From Raillietiella orientalis (Eukaryota), in the NCBI GenBank assembly GCA_036172245.1, contig JAYWIR010000002.1, positions 4,464,001 through 4,528,000 on the forward strand: DNA of 64,000 nucleotides. The letters are read 5' to 3'. The translations under genes and the position numbers were made by a program. Each line of letters opens with the position of its first letter. Within the stretch, counting starts at the first letter, position 1. Positions 24,881 to 49,337 of the stretch are shown piece after piece. The notes below the pieces were generated by a model. It ran no database searches. It worked only from the letters and a program-made list of their open reading frames with translations, and was not told where the DNA came from.

Positions 24881-25149
24881 ACCAAGTTAGTGTAGAGGCT
24901 TAGAAGGATTCTCATCTAGCAAATGCAGAACATTGCCTTCTAATGATGTGTTGTGTTTAGGCTAATCCATCGTGTATCTGCGACCTGTGGGGATGTCGGC
25001 GGGCTGCGGGACGAGGAGAAGAGGCGGACAGTAGTCATCGCCCTGCGCTGATCCCGCTCCACACTCCTGCAGGGAGATCCACACAGCATCCCTGCCCAGA
25101 GGGCTGACGAGCTGGAGCCAGGCACACGAGGGACGCTAAAAAGAAAAAA

Positions 25150-26375
25150 AAAAAAAAAAAAAAGAGGGACGCTACCTTGGCGGCGCCGCGCCACGCTTCT
25201 CGTCCACAGCAGGTTGGCGGGGAGGGCGGTGAGCAGGGGGGTTCGCTTCGAGGAGGACGGACGGGAGGACCAACTTGCGCTCAAGTGGATCCATCTGTCA
25301 CCAGTCTTTCGGTGCATCGCCACGAACTTTTGCGCGCCAAAAGAGTTCAATTCCTCGGCACCCTTCACAGCCGATGGCTCCGCCCCCAGAGTGGCGCACC
25401 TCGTCGCGGGGAACTTCGACGTCCACCTGCTTGTGGACGAGTGCAGCCACCCGGTGGGCATATCGCCGGTCAACGAAGCGTGGGCGTCCATGCACGCGAC
25501 AAACCTGCTCGCCGGCGAACCCGAAATGAAATGGTTCGCTCAAGATAAGGGTACATTCAAGGAAGGTACGCTCGACAGCCGCTACAGGACATCGTGTGCG
25601 ACCGCCGCAAGCTTCCGTGGACTTTATTCACCCCCCTTGCCTCAGTGATGCTCTCCCTATGGTAACCAAGGGACGGCGATATACCGGCAAGATGGGAGGT
25701 GCCCTGCCGCATCCAGGGCAGGAAAAACCTACCATGCGCGTGGACAACTCGGAAGCTGACGGACGCTGCGACTCGGAATGTCCCGCCGAAAGGAATACTA
25801 CTCTGGGGCGAGCTGCTCGCAATAGCTCCGGGAGGTGAGCTGAAATGGCCCCCCAGTGCGTTAAGATGGTGGCACTCCCCCTCAAGTGGTAGAAGCTGAT
25901 GTTGCTGGTGATGCATCGAGGGATCTCATGCAAAGCACGCCTTCATCACGGGTGTGTGTGGATGTCCGATAAGAGACCTTCTAAGAGACCTTCTAAGAGA
26001 CCTTCTCACACCTAGTGGACTGTTCCGCCCTCCGACCCCTTTGGGATCGTCTCTCGACGATCCTTGGAACCCCGGAAGACGAACGCAGAGACTTATTTCG
26101 ACGCCTCTTCGTGCGTGCCGCTCTGCCGCCAGCCGCGTTCCCTGCAGTCCTCTGCTGCGTCCGCGGAATCGTGGCAGCCTGGAACGCGGGAAGGAGAGGC
26201 CAAAATAGCAGGGATGCCATCGACTGGGCGAGTATCCTTTTGAAGACCGCCTCAACATGGTCCCACCTGGGAAGTAATCCTGCAGATCTTGGCATCCTGA
26301 ACAACCCCATGCAGAAGACGTTTCCCGCCGTATTGTGATCCCTTTCCCACCCTCCCTTCCCCATGAAACATTTCC
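25150..26375 (+). mobile_element. Internally deleted Tx1/L1-like element: AP-endonuclease remnant joined to the ORF2 C-terminus
   Basis: TNFCAP...HLVAGNFDVHL (APE NxYAP/GDFN-like) at ~25320-25430, then WTTRKLTDAAT and DCSALRPLW...RRLFVRAALPPAA. Confidence 0.7.
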
Positions 26376-28716
26376 TCCCAGATGACAATCTCGATTGAAA
26401 AAGCAGTGGTTGCAGCAGGCAAGAGAGGAAATCGGGATAGTTGCAACTATGGGCCCAATAAAGAACCTCCTTAACGAGAGTACGAAGGAAATGAAGTTGA
26501 AGTGAATTCGATCTCAATTTCAAGTTATGGATCCTTGCTTCCAGAATGAAATCTAGCATCTTGTTCAAGTAATAAGTTCCCGCTGGAGAACGAAAGCTAT
26601 CTATCAAACTACCTATCCGTTTTGCAGTGTGAAGCTCGTTTCAAGTGGAACATGCCAGCTCTATCTTGGTTTAATTAATTTCTAGAAGACACTAGGGAAA
26701 TGTCATACGAAACATCCATTTTTATCAAAATGCGTTTTACAAGAGTATTGGTTATAAGATTAACTCTCGTATGCTATGAGAAAACCTTCTCTATTATTTC
26801 GGTAATCTTCAAAAATCTATTCTCGTGTCTAACACGTTTGCACGTTTCCATTTTTTTCAGCAGGCATACCAAGTTCCCACATTTCAGCGGTAGCTTTTTC
26901 AATCTTATGCACATACAACATGAGAAAATAAGAATTAAGAAGATCTCAAAGGTGATAGAAATAATGAATATATTAAATATGATTGAAAAAGTCACAGCAG
27001 TCTCTTCTATCAGTGTGTTCATAAGTGGAATTTGATTTCTTTTTCTTTACTTTCATTATCCGTTATTGGCTGTATAAATACATTATTCAATAACTATAGC
27101 ATTTAAGTATATTCCCAAGCATTTTCACATTTTCATATTGTTTGCTAACTTCACTCACTTAGGGACTCTATAAGACATGAAATGGAGTCATAGATAGTAA
27201 GAAATTTTGTGAATATCATCTCTTTTTCATGAAATTCCCCAAACCATTTTCATCGTGGTAAGAGTTACTTCCTATCGGAAAGGATTTCGAGTTTTGCAGT
27301 GTTATTTGCTTTTAAATGAACTACCGGGGCTGTTTATAGATGGAACGTTGTTTTTTATAACCCCCATTTGTTTGATTTTTTTTAAAGATTAGAAAGAATT
27401 TTGGAGATGGAGTCCACGAAAAGTAAGAATAGAATCCATAGCAAATAATTGATTCCCTTAGATCCATATACTGTACCAACCAGTCAAAGAATATAAAGAT
27501 ATTTTTGAATTCAGGTTTAAAAAAAACAGTAGTTCTCATGTCTGTAACCGAGCTCTGCATGATCTGAAGAATATGAACTTAGTCATTTGAAGAATACTTA
27601 AATTTTTTTATACTAATCTTAAAGTATTAATGCTTTTTGAAAAATCAAAATTAACTGAGTGGGATGCTTCACACTCTTGGATAATGAAGGTTAATTTCGT
27701 ACTTTAGCAAAAAATACTGAATGGCAGCAGGTCGTCATTCTTTCATTTCATTCATGGAGAAATCTCAGATGAAATGAATTTTGAGGTGAACATGAAATTG
27801 CCACAAATGACAGATTTGCGAATGAAATTTTTTTTATGCATATTTAAAATTCTATTGTGGAAAATCAAATAGTAAACAGCAGAACTCATGCTAAGAAAAG
27901 TTTATCAATCGAGGTATTTGTCAAAACAGTCTAAGGTATAGTTTGACGTTCTCTTCAAATTCTACTCTAGTAATTGCGAGCGACCCATTCACGAAAATTT
28001 TTTTCCATAAATAATTAGAATTCATGAATAGTTAATGCATGATATGATAATAGATAATAGCAATTAGTAGTGGAAAAATGAAACAGCTAATTATTAATAT
28101 TGATAAATGAATTAGCAAATTATTATCAGAACCATTATTATTGGAAATATTCACTTAGTTTCAAATTAGCTTCAATTCAAATTTAAATTACAAATAGTAA
28201 ACATTTGAGTATGAAATATTAATCAGCAGATCTCAATGCATTTTATTGCAATGCTTTATAATTTCCAAATTTTGTTCATTTTCAGGATACTGCCACTTTT
28301 GTTAATTTAAAGAAATCATATACAAGCTGAATTCTGCATAGCTGAATTCTAAATAGTCCCTTGAAAATTAAACTTAAAGAAAAATTTCAATCAAATATCA
28401 CTTACAACGGTGTGCCATTTTTCACGTTTACAAAATCTCAGGCCATGAAAGTATTTGAGTACATAAAGTCCCATTCGAACTTAATGTATCATTCCGTGCG
28501 GTGGCCATTCTGTTCCTCGCTATTTCGCTTTTTTTTCGCTGCCCATCATTGAACTCGGTGTATCGTTAAGCAGTTTTTTCTAGCCAACATTTTTCAAAAC
28601 TTATTCATCAGCACATTCATAAACAGTGAATGGAGTATAATCTGAAGTAGTCAAGCGTGTATTTTATTTGACACTAATGCAAAACTGCTTACGTTTATGC
28701 GTATATTCAAGCAAAA

Positions 28717-29767
28717 ATGAACAACAAAACTGAAAATTTAAAACAGCCTAGCAGTTCATCGGAAAGCGAGTCAAAGAAAAGCACAAAAAGTTCTGTACAA
28801 AATAAAAAAAAGAAGAAACTCCCAAAAGATATTAATGCACCAAAGCAGCCAATTTCTGGTAGGAAATTCAAAAAAGAATTGTATGAAACATATTACTTAT
28901 AGGATATCTAAGATTTATGAACGAAAATAGAAAACATATCAAAGATAAGAATCCCAATGCATCTTTTTCGGAAATTTCAAAAATTATAGCAAACGAGTGG
29001 GCCAATCTACCAACAGAAGATAAACAGGTTATTTTACCTTGAATACATTGCTGAATTGTATATGATTATCGTGAATATTTGTTGTAGACGTACTTGGATG
29101 CTGCAGAAAATGAACGAGAGCAATACTTGAAAGAACTCAAAAGATATAAACAAACAAAAGCTTATCAGTTATTTTTGAAAAATCAGCAAAATACAACTGA
29201 AGAGGTATGCATTAATTTCAATTATAATTTTTTGTTTTCTGATTTAAATCTAAGGTTAAGCATGAGAACAATAGTGCTCAAGAAATACCAATCTTTACAG
29301 AAGAGTTTTTAGAACATAACAGAAGTAAGTTGTTATTGTAGCATAGTCTTCTAAGCACTTTCCATAGTACAAGAAACTGAATTGAGACAACTGCGTAAAG
29401 TAATCTCTGAATATGAAGAACAAAATGCCATTCTTCAAAAGCACATAGATAATATGAAAACGCGTATTGAGAGAGTTACATCAGAAAGTACTTTGCAACG
29501 GGCAGTTAATTCAGCATTAAGTCAGCATCTTGATAACCTTTATGCTAAGTTGGTGCATACTTTTGATGGTGTGCAACTTCCTGGTAAGAAACAAGCTTTC
29601 TCAACATGCCACTAAGATTTGTAGGTTTGCATGAGGTGCCAACAGTAGCTACAATCGACAAGTACATGGCAAAGCTGCATGATTTGATTATCCAAAATCC
29701 TCAAGAACACAAAGCATTAATCTCTCATGTTAGGGATTTATTAGCAGGTGTTGACTTCACTGCATAG
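28717..29767 (+). CDS. HMG20: HMG20A/B (iBRAF/BRAF35)-like HMG-box protein; exons 28717-28858, 28903-29027, 29088-29204, 29255-29324, 29368-29583, 29625-29767
   Basis: KDINAPKQPISGYLRFMNENR...EISKIIANEWANLPTEDKQTYLDAAE (HMG box), plus IPIFTEEFLEHNR and ELRQLRK...EEQNAILQKHIDNMK (HMG20 coiled coil). All five introns are GT-AG and in frame. Confidence 0.95.
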
Positions 29768-30744
29768 GTATTGATTTGAACATGGACTGTTACATCTGTT
29801 TCATGTTTTTTCAACTGGAGGAGATTGTTGGAATGTTTTCCAAGTTTTCCAAACTTGATCGCATACATATCTACAGTATTCTGGAGACTCTGCAATTGTT
29901 TTGAAAGTAAACAAAACTCCTCGATTCCAGCATTCAGCTGGAGATGTGCAGATCTGAAACCATCTGGATGTCACCTAGGACTATTATTATCTAATGATCT
30001 GATAAAAGACTTACTTCTGAAACATCACTGAAGATTTGAGATTGCAATAACGTTCTTGCATTTTTTTCTACTTTATTATATAAGTTTATGCTTTGATCAT
30101 TGCCACCCCATACACCTTGTTGAAAACTATAATATACAGCACCACCAGTGAAACTAAGTCTACAGGAGAAAAAAAGGGCATATAGTCAGATCATAAGTGA
30201 AATAATGTTGAATATATAGAAAGATAATATCTTTCAACTTATCTTTTACCTTAGCAATTTTGAAATCATTTTTTTGCTATAAAGGGATCATTCTCAAGAG
30301 ACAATTATTATGCTTTCTTGCTAAAAAATTACAAACATGGATTAAAGAAAATCATGACAATAATTAGTTTCATATCAAAAAGCATTGACAAATATGGTGC
30401 ATGAACGGAGGATCATCCAATTGATAATTGCACAAATAAAGGATGTAAATAATGCAAATCACCACTGCATTGCTCTTTAAATAAATAGGCGACCTCAATA
30501 AAACAACTCTCCAGTTTGCTGAATTTCAGCAACTGTTTCAATATTCGTATAAGTATAAATTTTCCTATTACTATCATCATTGGCTTCACAATTGATTCAT
30601 TAATCATTGATATTTATTTGCTTTTAATGCTACCAGTGTAGACTGCTCAAAAAAGTTGACTTTGGATACGCAAACTACAGTTCAAACTTCAAAAACAACT
30701 GATATCTCGATCGGGTTTACATATTCCACTATTTGACATTTATT

Positions 30745-31500
30745 CAAAAATTAGCTCTTTGGAAAGCTTTTGCATCTTGGACTGGGATTTCCATGTGTGT
30801 GTGAACAGCTGTGCTCAGCATTCAGTGTTGAGCCCGGAAGTGCCAAAAAAACAACAACAACTAGTAAAGTCTCCTACTATCGCTACATACTACTACGGCC
30901 CACAACAATCACAGGACCAACCAAAGCTATCAACACGAACTTGTTTAGAATTTTGTCTCGAACACGGAAACAAAATGTGCCTTGTGAAATTCCTTGGGTA
31001 TGGTGACTTCCATACTTTTGGCAATTACGTGACCTAAACGTGGAGTGTGCTCAACATCTCCGAATACGAATTTTCAGCAAACACAAACACTCAACACAAT
31101 AATGCTATTCGCAATGAAACACATGAGCACCAACTCACCTGAGCACTCCTCCCCAACAAACACACATCCATTGCCAGAAATTTTCTCAGGTGTTTCGTAG
31201 GTAGAAAAAAAACAAAAAAAAAAAAAAACAAAAAATCATGCCAACTGTTATATTCATTTGCACTCGGATAAGCCTCTAAGGAGAACACAAAAGATCGAAA
31301 AGCTGGGAAGATAAAATTCCAAGATGATTCGATTTTGCTCGTGTCCATGAGCATGATCACGTGTGAGGAGTTCTGCATGTAATTTAGCAAGGGAAATGTA
31401 AAGTTATGTGATCGCTAGAGGTGGGCGCATATTACGTACGTGTTCGTAGTATTATTCGTGTTTACTGTATGAAGTTTTATGGTGCAGCTGTTTAAAAGGA
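30745..31500 (+). repeat. Left arm of a ~750-bp near-identical inverted repeat
   Basis: Reverse complement of 34612-35368; two of the three ORF-track translation pairs are identical. Confidence 0.95.
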
Positions 31501-33725
31501 AAACAGTACAACCATTATCGCCTGTTTCCTACGGAACGGTCCACAACGAATATTCAGACGCCACATCCGGGCAACCAAGCATTCGAGGATTTGCCTGTCT
31601 TGCACAGCAGAGCTCTTAATCTCTCCTTCGTTTACGTGACTTGCATTTTTTTACCTTCAAATTTACCTTCTACATTTAGCTGATCTGGTTATTTTGAATT
31701 TAGAACAAAAATGGAACTCTCACATATTGAAGAAAAGCTGGATACCATAATTTCGGTTAAACTTCGGGAACAAAAAAGTAAAAGTTATTAGGCAGTCAAC
31801 TTTCTCATCATTCAATGTTACAAAAGAGTGAGGACACCCCACAGTGTGATGCAAATGAGAATGATGGTCGAATATCTCCATGAGATGGACTTATTGATGG
31901 TCTTTTTTATCGAATTGCTTGATTGTTGAAATCTAGAGAAGAAAAATGAAGTTAGGTATTTGAGCGACTAATAGCAATAAGAGGTTGTGCAAAATGTGTG
32001 TGTTGAAATGACAGAGATGAGACTGGACATCTAAACAACTCGCTCGAAAATCACGCTAGAAACAGGTGAGAGAAGGTTAAACTTTTCATACAACAAAACA
32101 TAAAATAACAATTTATTTTGTGAAAATTTAATCCAGAAAGTTTAATCTAGTTTTTTGAAACAGAGTTCACGAAAAGTCTGGGCATTAAAAAATATTAGTA
32201 GAAAAGTTATATTTCATGAGAGAGGTAAATGGCAAATACTTCCGGAGCAGGCAAAGTCCGCCATTCCTATTTTGATTAGGATATTCGTGTTCGGAAATCA
32301 GATGGCATGGGTGGGTATGGAGCGCACATTATTCGCGCATTTATTTATTCTCTCAAATCATTAATCGTTGATCATACCGAGAGGGGGGGGAAAAAAGAAA
32401 AATGCATTGAAAAATTTCAAGTCTCTTGTTAATTTAGGCAAGCTACCTAATGATTGCATTCCCTTCTTTTCTTCTTTCATTGTGTCTTTCTGACACAAGC
32501 GGACATGAAAATCTAATGAACATCATGAGCTCACTCAATGTGTCTGAACTAATCACTATGTCTACACAAAGTATATTCAGACGGCTACCTCATAATTTCA
32601 CATTGCTTAACAAGAGCATGCACGAAAATCTTGCTGATTCGCTTTCGAGAGTCTAGTAGCATCAATTTTGGTCAGGGAAAGTGAAGTGAAGCAGAGTTAA
32701 GTTGAGAGAAGAAGAGAGAGTGAGAGAAGTTGTTTTTATCAGTTTTCTTAAGTGATTTTCCGAATCAAAGATTAGGTCATCATTCTAAAGGTGGTGAAAG
32801 AGACTTCCAAAGTACGTAGATGAAAACTGACCTAAATGAATACAGGTAGCAGGACGTCTTACAAAAAAAAAAGAAAAAGAAAATCGAGTTGCGTATTTGA
32901 AATGTAGCAATGGAAATGTGAGAAGTTGAAGTAACTGATGTGCTTATCAGTTCAACTTCTAGTTCAAGCTGCAGATAAGTGTGTTTTCCAGTTCTTTTAT
33001 TTAGTTCACCTTCAGATTGCTTTTGAGTTGACTATATAGTGTGAATATGGAATCCAAGAGTGTTTTGAGGGAGACAAAGTTGACGAGAACCGTGGAGAAT
33101 GGGGAAAAAATGCATGCGGATACCGAGGAAGCATGTCAGCTGAATTCGCTTAGAGTGATGCTGATTTCATTCATAGAGCTTACCTTTTGATCATCAGCCT
33201 AGAAAGTAGCTTCAGAAAGTGAGATCAGAATCAGATGAGGGTGTTTCAAAGAGGATTCTGAAACATGGATCTTACTACAATCACGCTGCTTTTTCTGTTC
33301 ATGGATTAGCATCGAGAAACAGTCAGTACTTTCATAAAGTGGCAGGAAAAAAATTCTGTAAAGTGATGAAGTGCTGAAGCATCTTCGAAACAAAGGTTTC
33401 TGGTGGTTACAGGCTTGCCTCAGTGGACACTGAATGTTGGCTCTAATGTTCAACAAAACTTATAGCGGCTGCATAAAGACACAACCATCAGGTTTATTAT
33501 CGAGCCATGAGTAAATGCTCCCATCCTAAATTGATGACACCTCAGTCACAAGAATGGAGAACTCTCCCGATGACAAAGCTGCACCTACAAGCCTTTTGTG
33601 ACCACTGCCGTAGCCTTCTAAGGTTTTCTTCTAACAAAATTTGAGAAGTCAGTCAACGCGTCAGTTTCTTGATCTACTCCTTAGAAAAATAAACACTCAT
33701 TTGCACAGTTTCCTTCATGTAGTGC

Positions 33726-43636
<9,911 letters not shown>

Positions 43637-46600
43637 CTGCGCACTGGAATGAGGAGGACGTCTGCGGATGTCTCTCACGCGACCGGATTGTCGAAAAAGA
43701 GGGCTTTCCTCCGTGTCTTAGAAAATCGTTTCCTCCCCCCAAAGACGAGGCAGGATTCCGAGAGAAAAGGGTGTGGGTGGGTGGGGTAGAGAAGGGTTTT
43801 CTTCATATTTCGACGAGAGTCCAAGTCTTTCGAGTTATGCTTTCTGTGGTCGAGATCATAGGGCCGAAGGGGGGGAAGCAGGCATCTTTTTCTTTAATGC
43901 TCCTCTCCGTATTATCTCGACTGCGCTACACAGCTGCAGTGATGTTTAGTTGGATCCATCTTCGATTTTCGGATGCTCCTTGTTTCTTACTGCGCGGTGA
44001 TTCTGTCGGCCAAAATGGCTCAAAGAACGGAGCGGGGAGGTCAACTTCCAGCGGTTCGTGGAGCGGCACTCCGTGGCACGAGAAGTGGATGAGGTGCCTG
44101 CACCTCGAAGTCCTCCTTGGGCAATACCTCCGTGCATGCGGGAACAGTTCCGTCTCCTCGACAACACGTCATAAACCGAGTGAGCTTCCGATTTAAGTGA
44201 CTTTGATCTCCGGAAGGCGGGTGCCGTTCCTCCTCAAAGACTGCCGTTCCCTTTAACAAGTAACAAACCGAAGACCGAGCGGGCGGCGGCGGCGCTCTCT
44301 TCGGAAACTTGTGCCGCCTGTCACCGCCGCCCAAGCAGTACGAATGCGTGTTCCCCTAAGGTCGTGTTGCCGACTCGCTCCCGCGAAAGTCGTACAGAAA
44401 ATATTCTTCGTCGTGCAGCCAATGAGCAAACTCTTCGTCGGGTCCAAATCCGGTGCAAGTGCCCATCCTTGCTAACGTGCAGTATCGAATGAGTACGTGA
44501 CCTGCTCTTTCGGTCTTCCTGAGTTCTGTTGGTTTCATTGAACACTGTTTTTGCACTTCATGTACGACATTTGACAATGGTTATTCCACTTGTTTCATGC
44601 TTCCTGATGTGACAATAAGCTCAAGAGGAGTCAGGAGAGTGTTGAGACAGGTGTTTCTAAACACGCCGTTTCTTCCTCTTCAAATTCATCTTCTTCTTCC
44701 TTATTTCGAAGAAAGCAAGTTCCCAAAAGGAAAACCACTTGAAGGGACGAAGGAGGCTGCATGAAGAATTGAAAACAAAGATGAAAAGGTAGCAGGGATC
44801 TTCAGGTGAACTGTCTTGACGTGAATCTCTAGACTGCGTTGACAGCGTTCTCGAGAGTCCGATGATGTTTTGAAGAGGGGTATAATGGAAGCGAGCCGTA
44901 TTATCTTCGCAGCAGGAAACTAATCCTGATCACGGAAGCCAAGGTAGGAGGCCACAAGGCAATGAGATCAGTTTTAGATGAAGACATTTGAAGGATTTTA
45001 ATTGAAGAAATCGTTGCGTCCTTAAAGCGATTCTCCTAAGCTGGAAAAAACATCTCTTTTTTGTTGCACACGCGGAAGAATTTCACCGCGTATCCAGTTA
45101 TCTGTGTATTCAGTTATCTGTGTGAATTGCAATCACTCCAACGCAAACAAAATAAGACGAAGAGGGTTGATGGTTTGGTCACTTTCTTAATCCTTTGGAT
45201 GCGGTAGTCAAGGTAGGCGAACTATCCATGCTTGAAAAAATCAAATGTCTTAAAATAAAAGATCTAAGAGACAACGTAAAAGTGGAACTGGAAAAGGGAA
45301 ATGTTGATCTTCAGCCACAATTTTCCGTAGTGGAAACCGCATCCGTTGTTTGTACGACAGTCTCATTCTGTACCAGCAGCGAGGAAAGATCATTTATCTT
45401 CAGGTACCACCTTCGCGAACGTTATGTATGTCTCTTCTCCACTCGAGCGAAAATTCAGATCTTGGGATCCTCCAGCTCTTTTGTATCACTGGATCTTCCG
45501 ATGAACTTCTACCATGTTCTATTCCTTCCCTATCGCCTGAGGCACAGAATCATTTTGAAACTATAATTTAAACACATCAAATATCCATTTCTCAGAATGG
45601 ACTTTATGTTTCGCATTTTACATTTTTGCTTTGAAAATTCATAAAATTGCTCGAGAACAAGTGTTCTCAGACAAGTGTTTGGTGGAAAAATCATAAGAAT
45701 CCAAAATATGTGCGTGTTTTTAACTGTTCAGAGTTTGCAGGTACGGCACAAATCTAGCATCGTAATAATATGAAGATAAATATGAAAGTATGGTGAATAC
45801 CTAAAATACATGTACAAGAAACATCCTTACGGTTTATAATGGGCAAATCTGCTAGAACATTAATCCTCAACACTTAACTGCATTTCGTACACTGTTTCGT
45901 ACTTGAGGGTGCATAATACATCTTTACATACTTTCCTTACATCTTGTTTCATTTTCGCTTCACAGTAAATCTTGTTTTTTTTTTTTCGTACAAAAAGCGG
46001 GCTCTTTTAGAACTTCTTTCTCACGCAGAGTTTTCAAATGCATCTTCAGGATGTTCAAGAGTATCAGTATGAGCATAAATGGTCTGTTATACTTAAGCAC
46101 TTTTCTGATCTCAGCTGCCACTGTATTAGAATCATAGCAATTATGAAAACAGTATAAGAGTTTCGAAATCCACTCTCTATAAGGTAATGCATGTTTTACT
46201 CCTAACAACTTTTGTGTCTTTTCACCGCATTTTTGCTGCAAAGTTCGTGGATTTTATTAGCATTCATTTACTGCAAAAAAGCGATGAATGAAGTCACATC
46301 AATAGCGAAACAAAGTGTAAAGTAGCTCGGTAATACTTTGCATGACGAATGATCCTTAAAACATAAAAGTGATGACATACTTTCTACTTTATCGTGGCGA
46401 CTATCGTGTGCATGGAGTCACAACGTTGCAACCCAAGCCAACGGTAACGTCACGGAGTCATTTGTGACGGTAATTGAAAAATACATTTAAGTTTTATGAA
46501 CATTTGGCACCCCTGCTTTGCTCGAAGCGCTTTCTGGGTGAAACGTTTACAGAAGTCATCAGAACGTGCGTAAACGCAGACCACTGCTCTGTTAACTTCC

Positions 46601-48489
46601 AAATTCTTTATTTTAAATTCTAGTTTCTACTCACTCTTGTGTAGTTGATCTCGAATCAGTTCAGTAGATTTCAGCCAACAGGGAAGGTTTCCTCAAACCT
46701 GCAAGCCCAGCATAGAGATCGACCTTGCAGGTGTTCGGGACTGAAAAACACTGGCTGTGTTTGATACCAGCAGGGGAGTCGCGACTGTTGGGCCTATCTG
46801 TCGAAAATAATCACGGAAGGAAATATTTGCTTTATTCACAAACCGCAGATATTCACAAGGTTGCGACCTTGGGAACGTCCACAAATAGCTTGATATCCAG
46901 CAGCATGCCTCTGCAAGCACGATCGAATCTCCATCGAGTCGCACACGAAATCCACGAAAAAGTCTAGGGGTCCCCTAATACTGCATACAAGAAAAGGACG
47001 GAAAAGTTTCTGGATTTCGGCCCTAGGTTCGCCGGGTTTACTTCACGACGCGATGCACGTTTTCCTTAGCTCCAGTCAGGAGAATGAGGCGCCCGCCCTA
47101 ATGTCGAGTGACCTTCCTACTTCCGAAAAACACTAGTGTCGGAAACCGGGAAGGATGGGGGGGGGGACCAAATTGGGTCGTAGTAAGCAGACCCTCCTTG
47201 AGAAGAGGGCAGATCCGGAAAGAACGAAAATACAACAACAAATACGACGGTCGTGGGGACCAGAAATAAAAGAGACAGAAATTCTGCTTTTATTCTGAAT
47301 TCGAACTCTTTGTTACTCTACAATTGGAAATGTAGTGTACGTTTAGAACGCTGCCCACGTGAACTTTATTCTCCCAAGGCCGGAAATGCTGGTGACCTTC
47401 CGAAACTGACTCTCTGACTCTAATCAACTAACGGAAAGTTAGTTCTCACATCAGCAGTACTCCATCTCTGAGTCCCCGAGAGCAGACGCCACACTCTGCG
47501 CTGTTTGAAGCGATGCAACGTACGTTGAAGGATGTCCTGCAACAGCTACCGAAGAGAAGTCCACCATCCTTCTGTGCCTATTTGGGCTTAGCTTCATCAC
47601 CACGGGTCCTCTTTGTCTGCCCTCTCTTTCTCTGCTGCTTGGCCGCTGAGGGGTCAAGCACATGAGAGGTCATTGCTTGACGCCCGAGAGAATGCAAATC
47701 TTTGGCGATGCCTGTGCTTCGTAACATTCACCGAGTTTTTCCAACCTTCCAGGTATACAGAAAACTACCGGGGGGAACTCACCATTCACGAACAGCGCTT
47801 TGACATGCTTTTGACACGTCTCACTCTGCATCATCTCGTGACCCATCCACTTCCGATCACACCGCACAGTGAAGATCCGAAGGTTCTACTGGCTTCGAAC
47901 TACGTTGGTCCAGAGGCAGAGGTGAAACCTTCAAGGAGGACGAACCCGGAATCACGACCGGAGATGCAGTTTTGGTTGGGCAAACCACCTCGATCCCGCA
48001 CACGCAATCCAGAGCGTGAGTTTCCCTCATTTGCAAAGCACCCGGAGCCGAGAGAGTGTTGTTCGGAGCGGTATCGTGCATCGGCACGCTTCCTGCTCGA
48101 CAGCGGAAATTCAAGACTCTTCCATGGTAGATTCATTCTTGAGGAGCGACTGAAGTCGTAAATACCTGTACGGGCAACGCCTACCAGGGACAGCTCCAGA
48201 AGCATGTGCAAGAGGTATGTGTTACGGAAGGGATCCTTCAGTTGCTGCATCTGGAACGAGAAATCATGTGATCTTTGAGGGGCAAGACGAACTGGGAACC
48301 CGGATGAAGAGGGTTGCCTACAAAAAAATGGGAGCTGGTGGCCTCGAATCAATCCATTCCCGAAACAGATTCGGGGATGCGACCGAATTGAGTGCTCCAG
48401 GGAGAAAAGGGAAGCAATAAATGAGAGTGTATGCCGCCTGCCTGCTCCTAAGACCATCCAGAAAGGTGGAAGGTGTCCTGTTGCATTGC

Positions 48490-49337
48490 AGCAACCATTG
48501 GATGCATGGACAACTTGGGAAGTCACGGACGCTGCGACGCCGAGTGCCTCACCTCAAGGACTTCTACCCTGGAGCGATCTACTCTCTATCCCTCCGGAAG
48601 ACATGAAGCGGCCCCCAGCGTGCTGGGACGGTGGCGCCCTCCCCCTCAAGTGGCAGGAGCTGGCGTTGCTAGTCTCGCATTGGGGAATCCCTCCCTGTGT
48701 AAAGCACGCCTTCACCATTGAACACAGGGAAGTGCGGGAGATCCACCCGCATCTGCTTCCTGACTGTGCTGCCCCTCGACCCCTTTTGGGTCGCTTAGCG
48801 GCGACCCTCAGAATCCTGGCGGGCATCTCCAGAGACATTTTGGAAAGCCTCTTCGTGAGCGGTGCCGCCCTACTTCCAGCGGCGTCCCTCGTAGTTCTCT
48901 GCTGTCCTCGCGGGATGATAGCTGCCTGAAATGGTGCAAGAAGGGGCCAGAATGGAAGGGAGACGCCGTCTGCCGGACGAGAATCTTCTTGAGGATCGCC
49001 CACGAGAGACGGCCCCACCCGGGCAACTTCCGGAGCAATCTTGCCAGCATCCTGGACAGGATGAAGAGCACGCCTCGCAGCGAACAGTGGTCCCTTCCTC
49101 AATCCCCACTCCTCTTCCAGAGGAAAACCTTCCCGTCATTTTTTTTTGTTTTGTTTTACTTTTCTGTTTTTCCTTCCCCCTTCGCTGCCGACGTGGACCT
49201 TGCCGGTGTCTGCGTACCGGTGTTTAGCAGGTTGAATGTGTGTGTTTTTTTGTAGTACGTGGTGGAACCACGTGTTCTAACACATAGACGTATTTTTATT
49301 GTTATTCTTTCATAATAAATGCCCCGACAAAACCAGG
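48490..49337 (+). mobile_element. Tx1/L1-like 3' fragment
   Basis: WTTWEVTDAAT...GALPLKWQELALLVSHWGIP...HPHLLPDC. AATAAA + partial stem-loop at 49314-49337. Confidence 0.8.

Noticed and set aside
31447-31455. TAGTATTAT, near the circovirus nonamer
   Set aside because: Last base mismatched and no enclosing stem.
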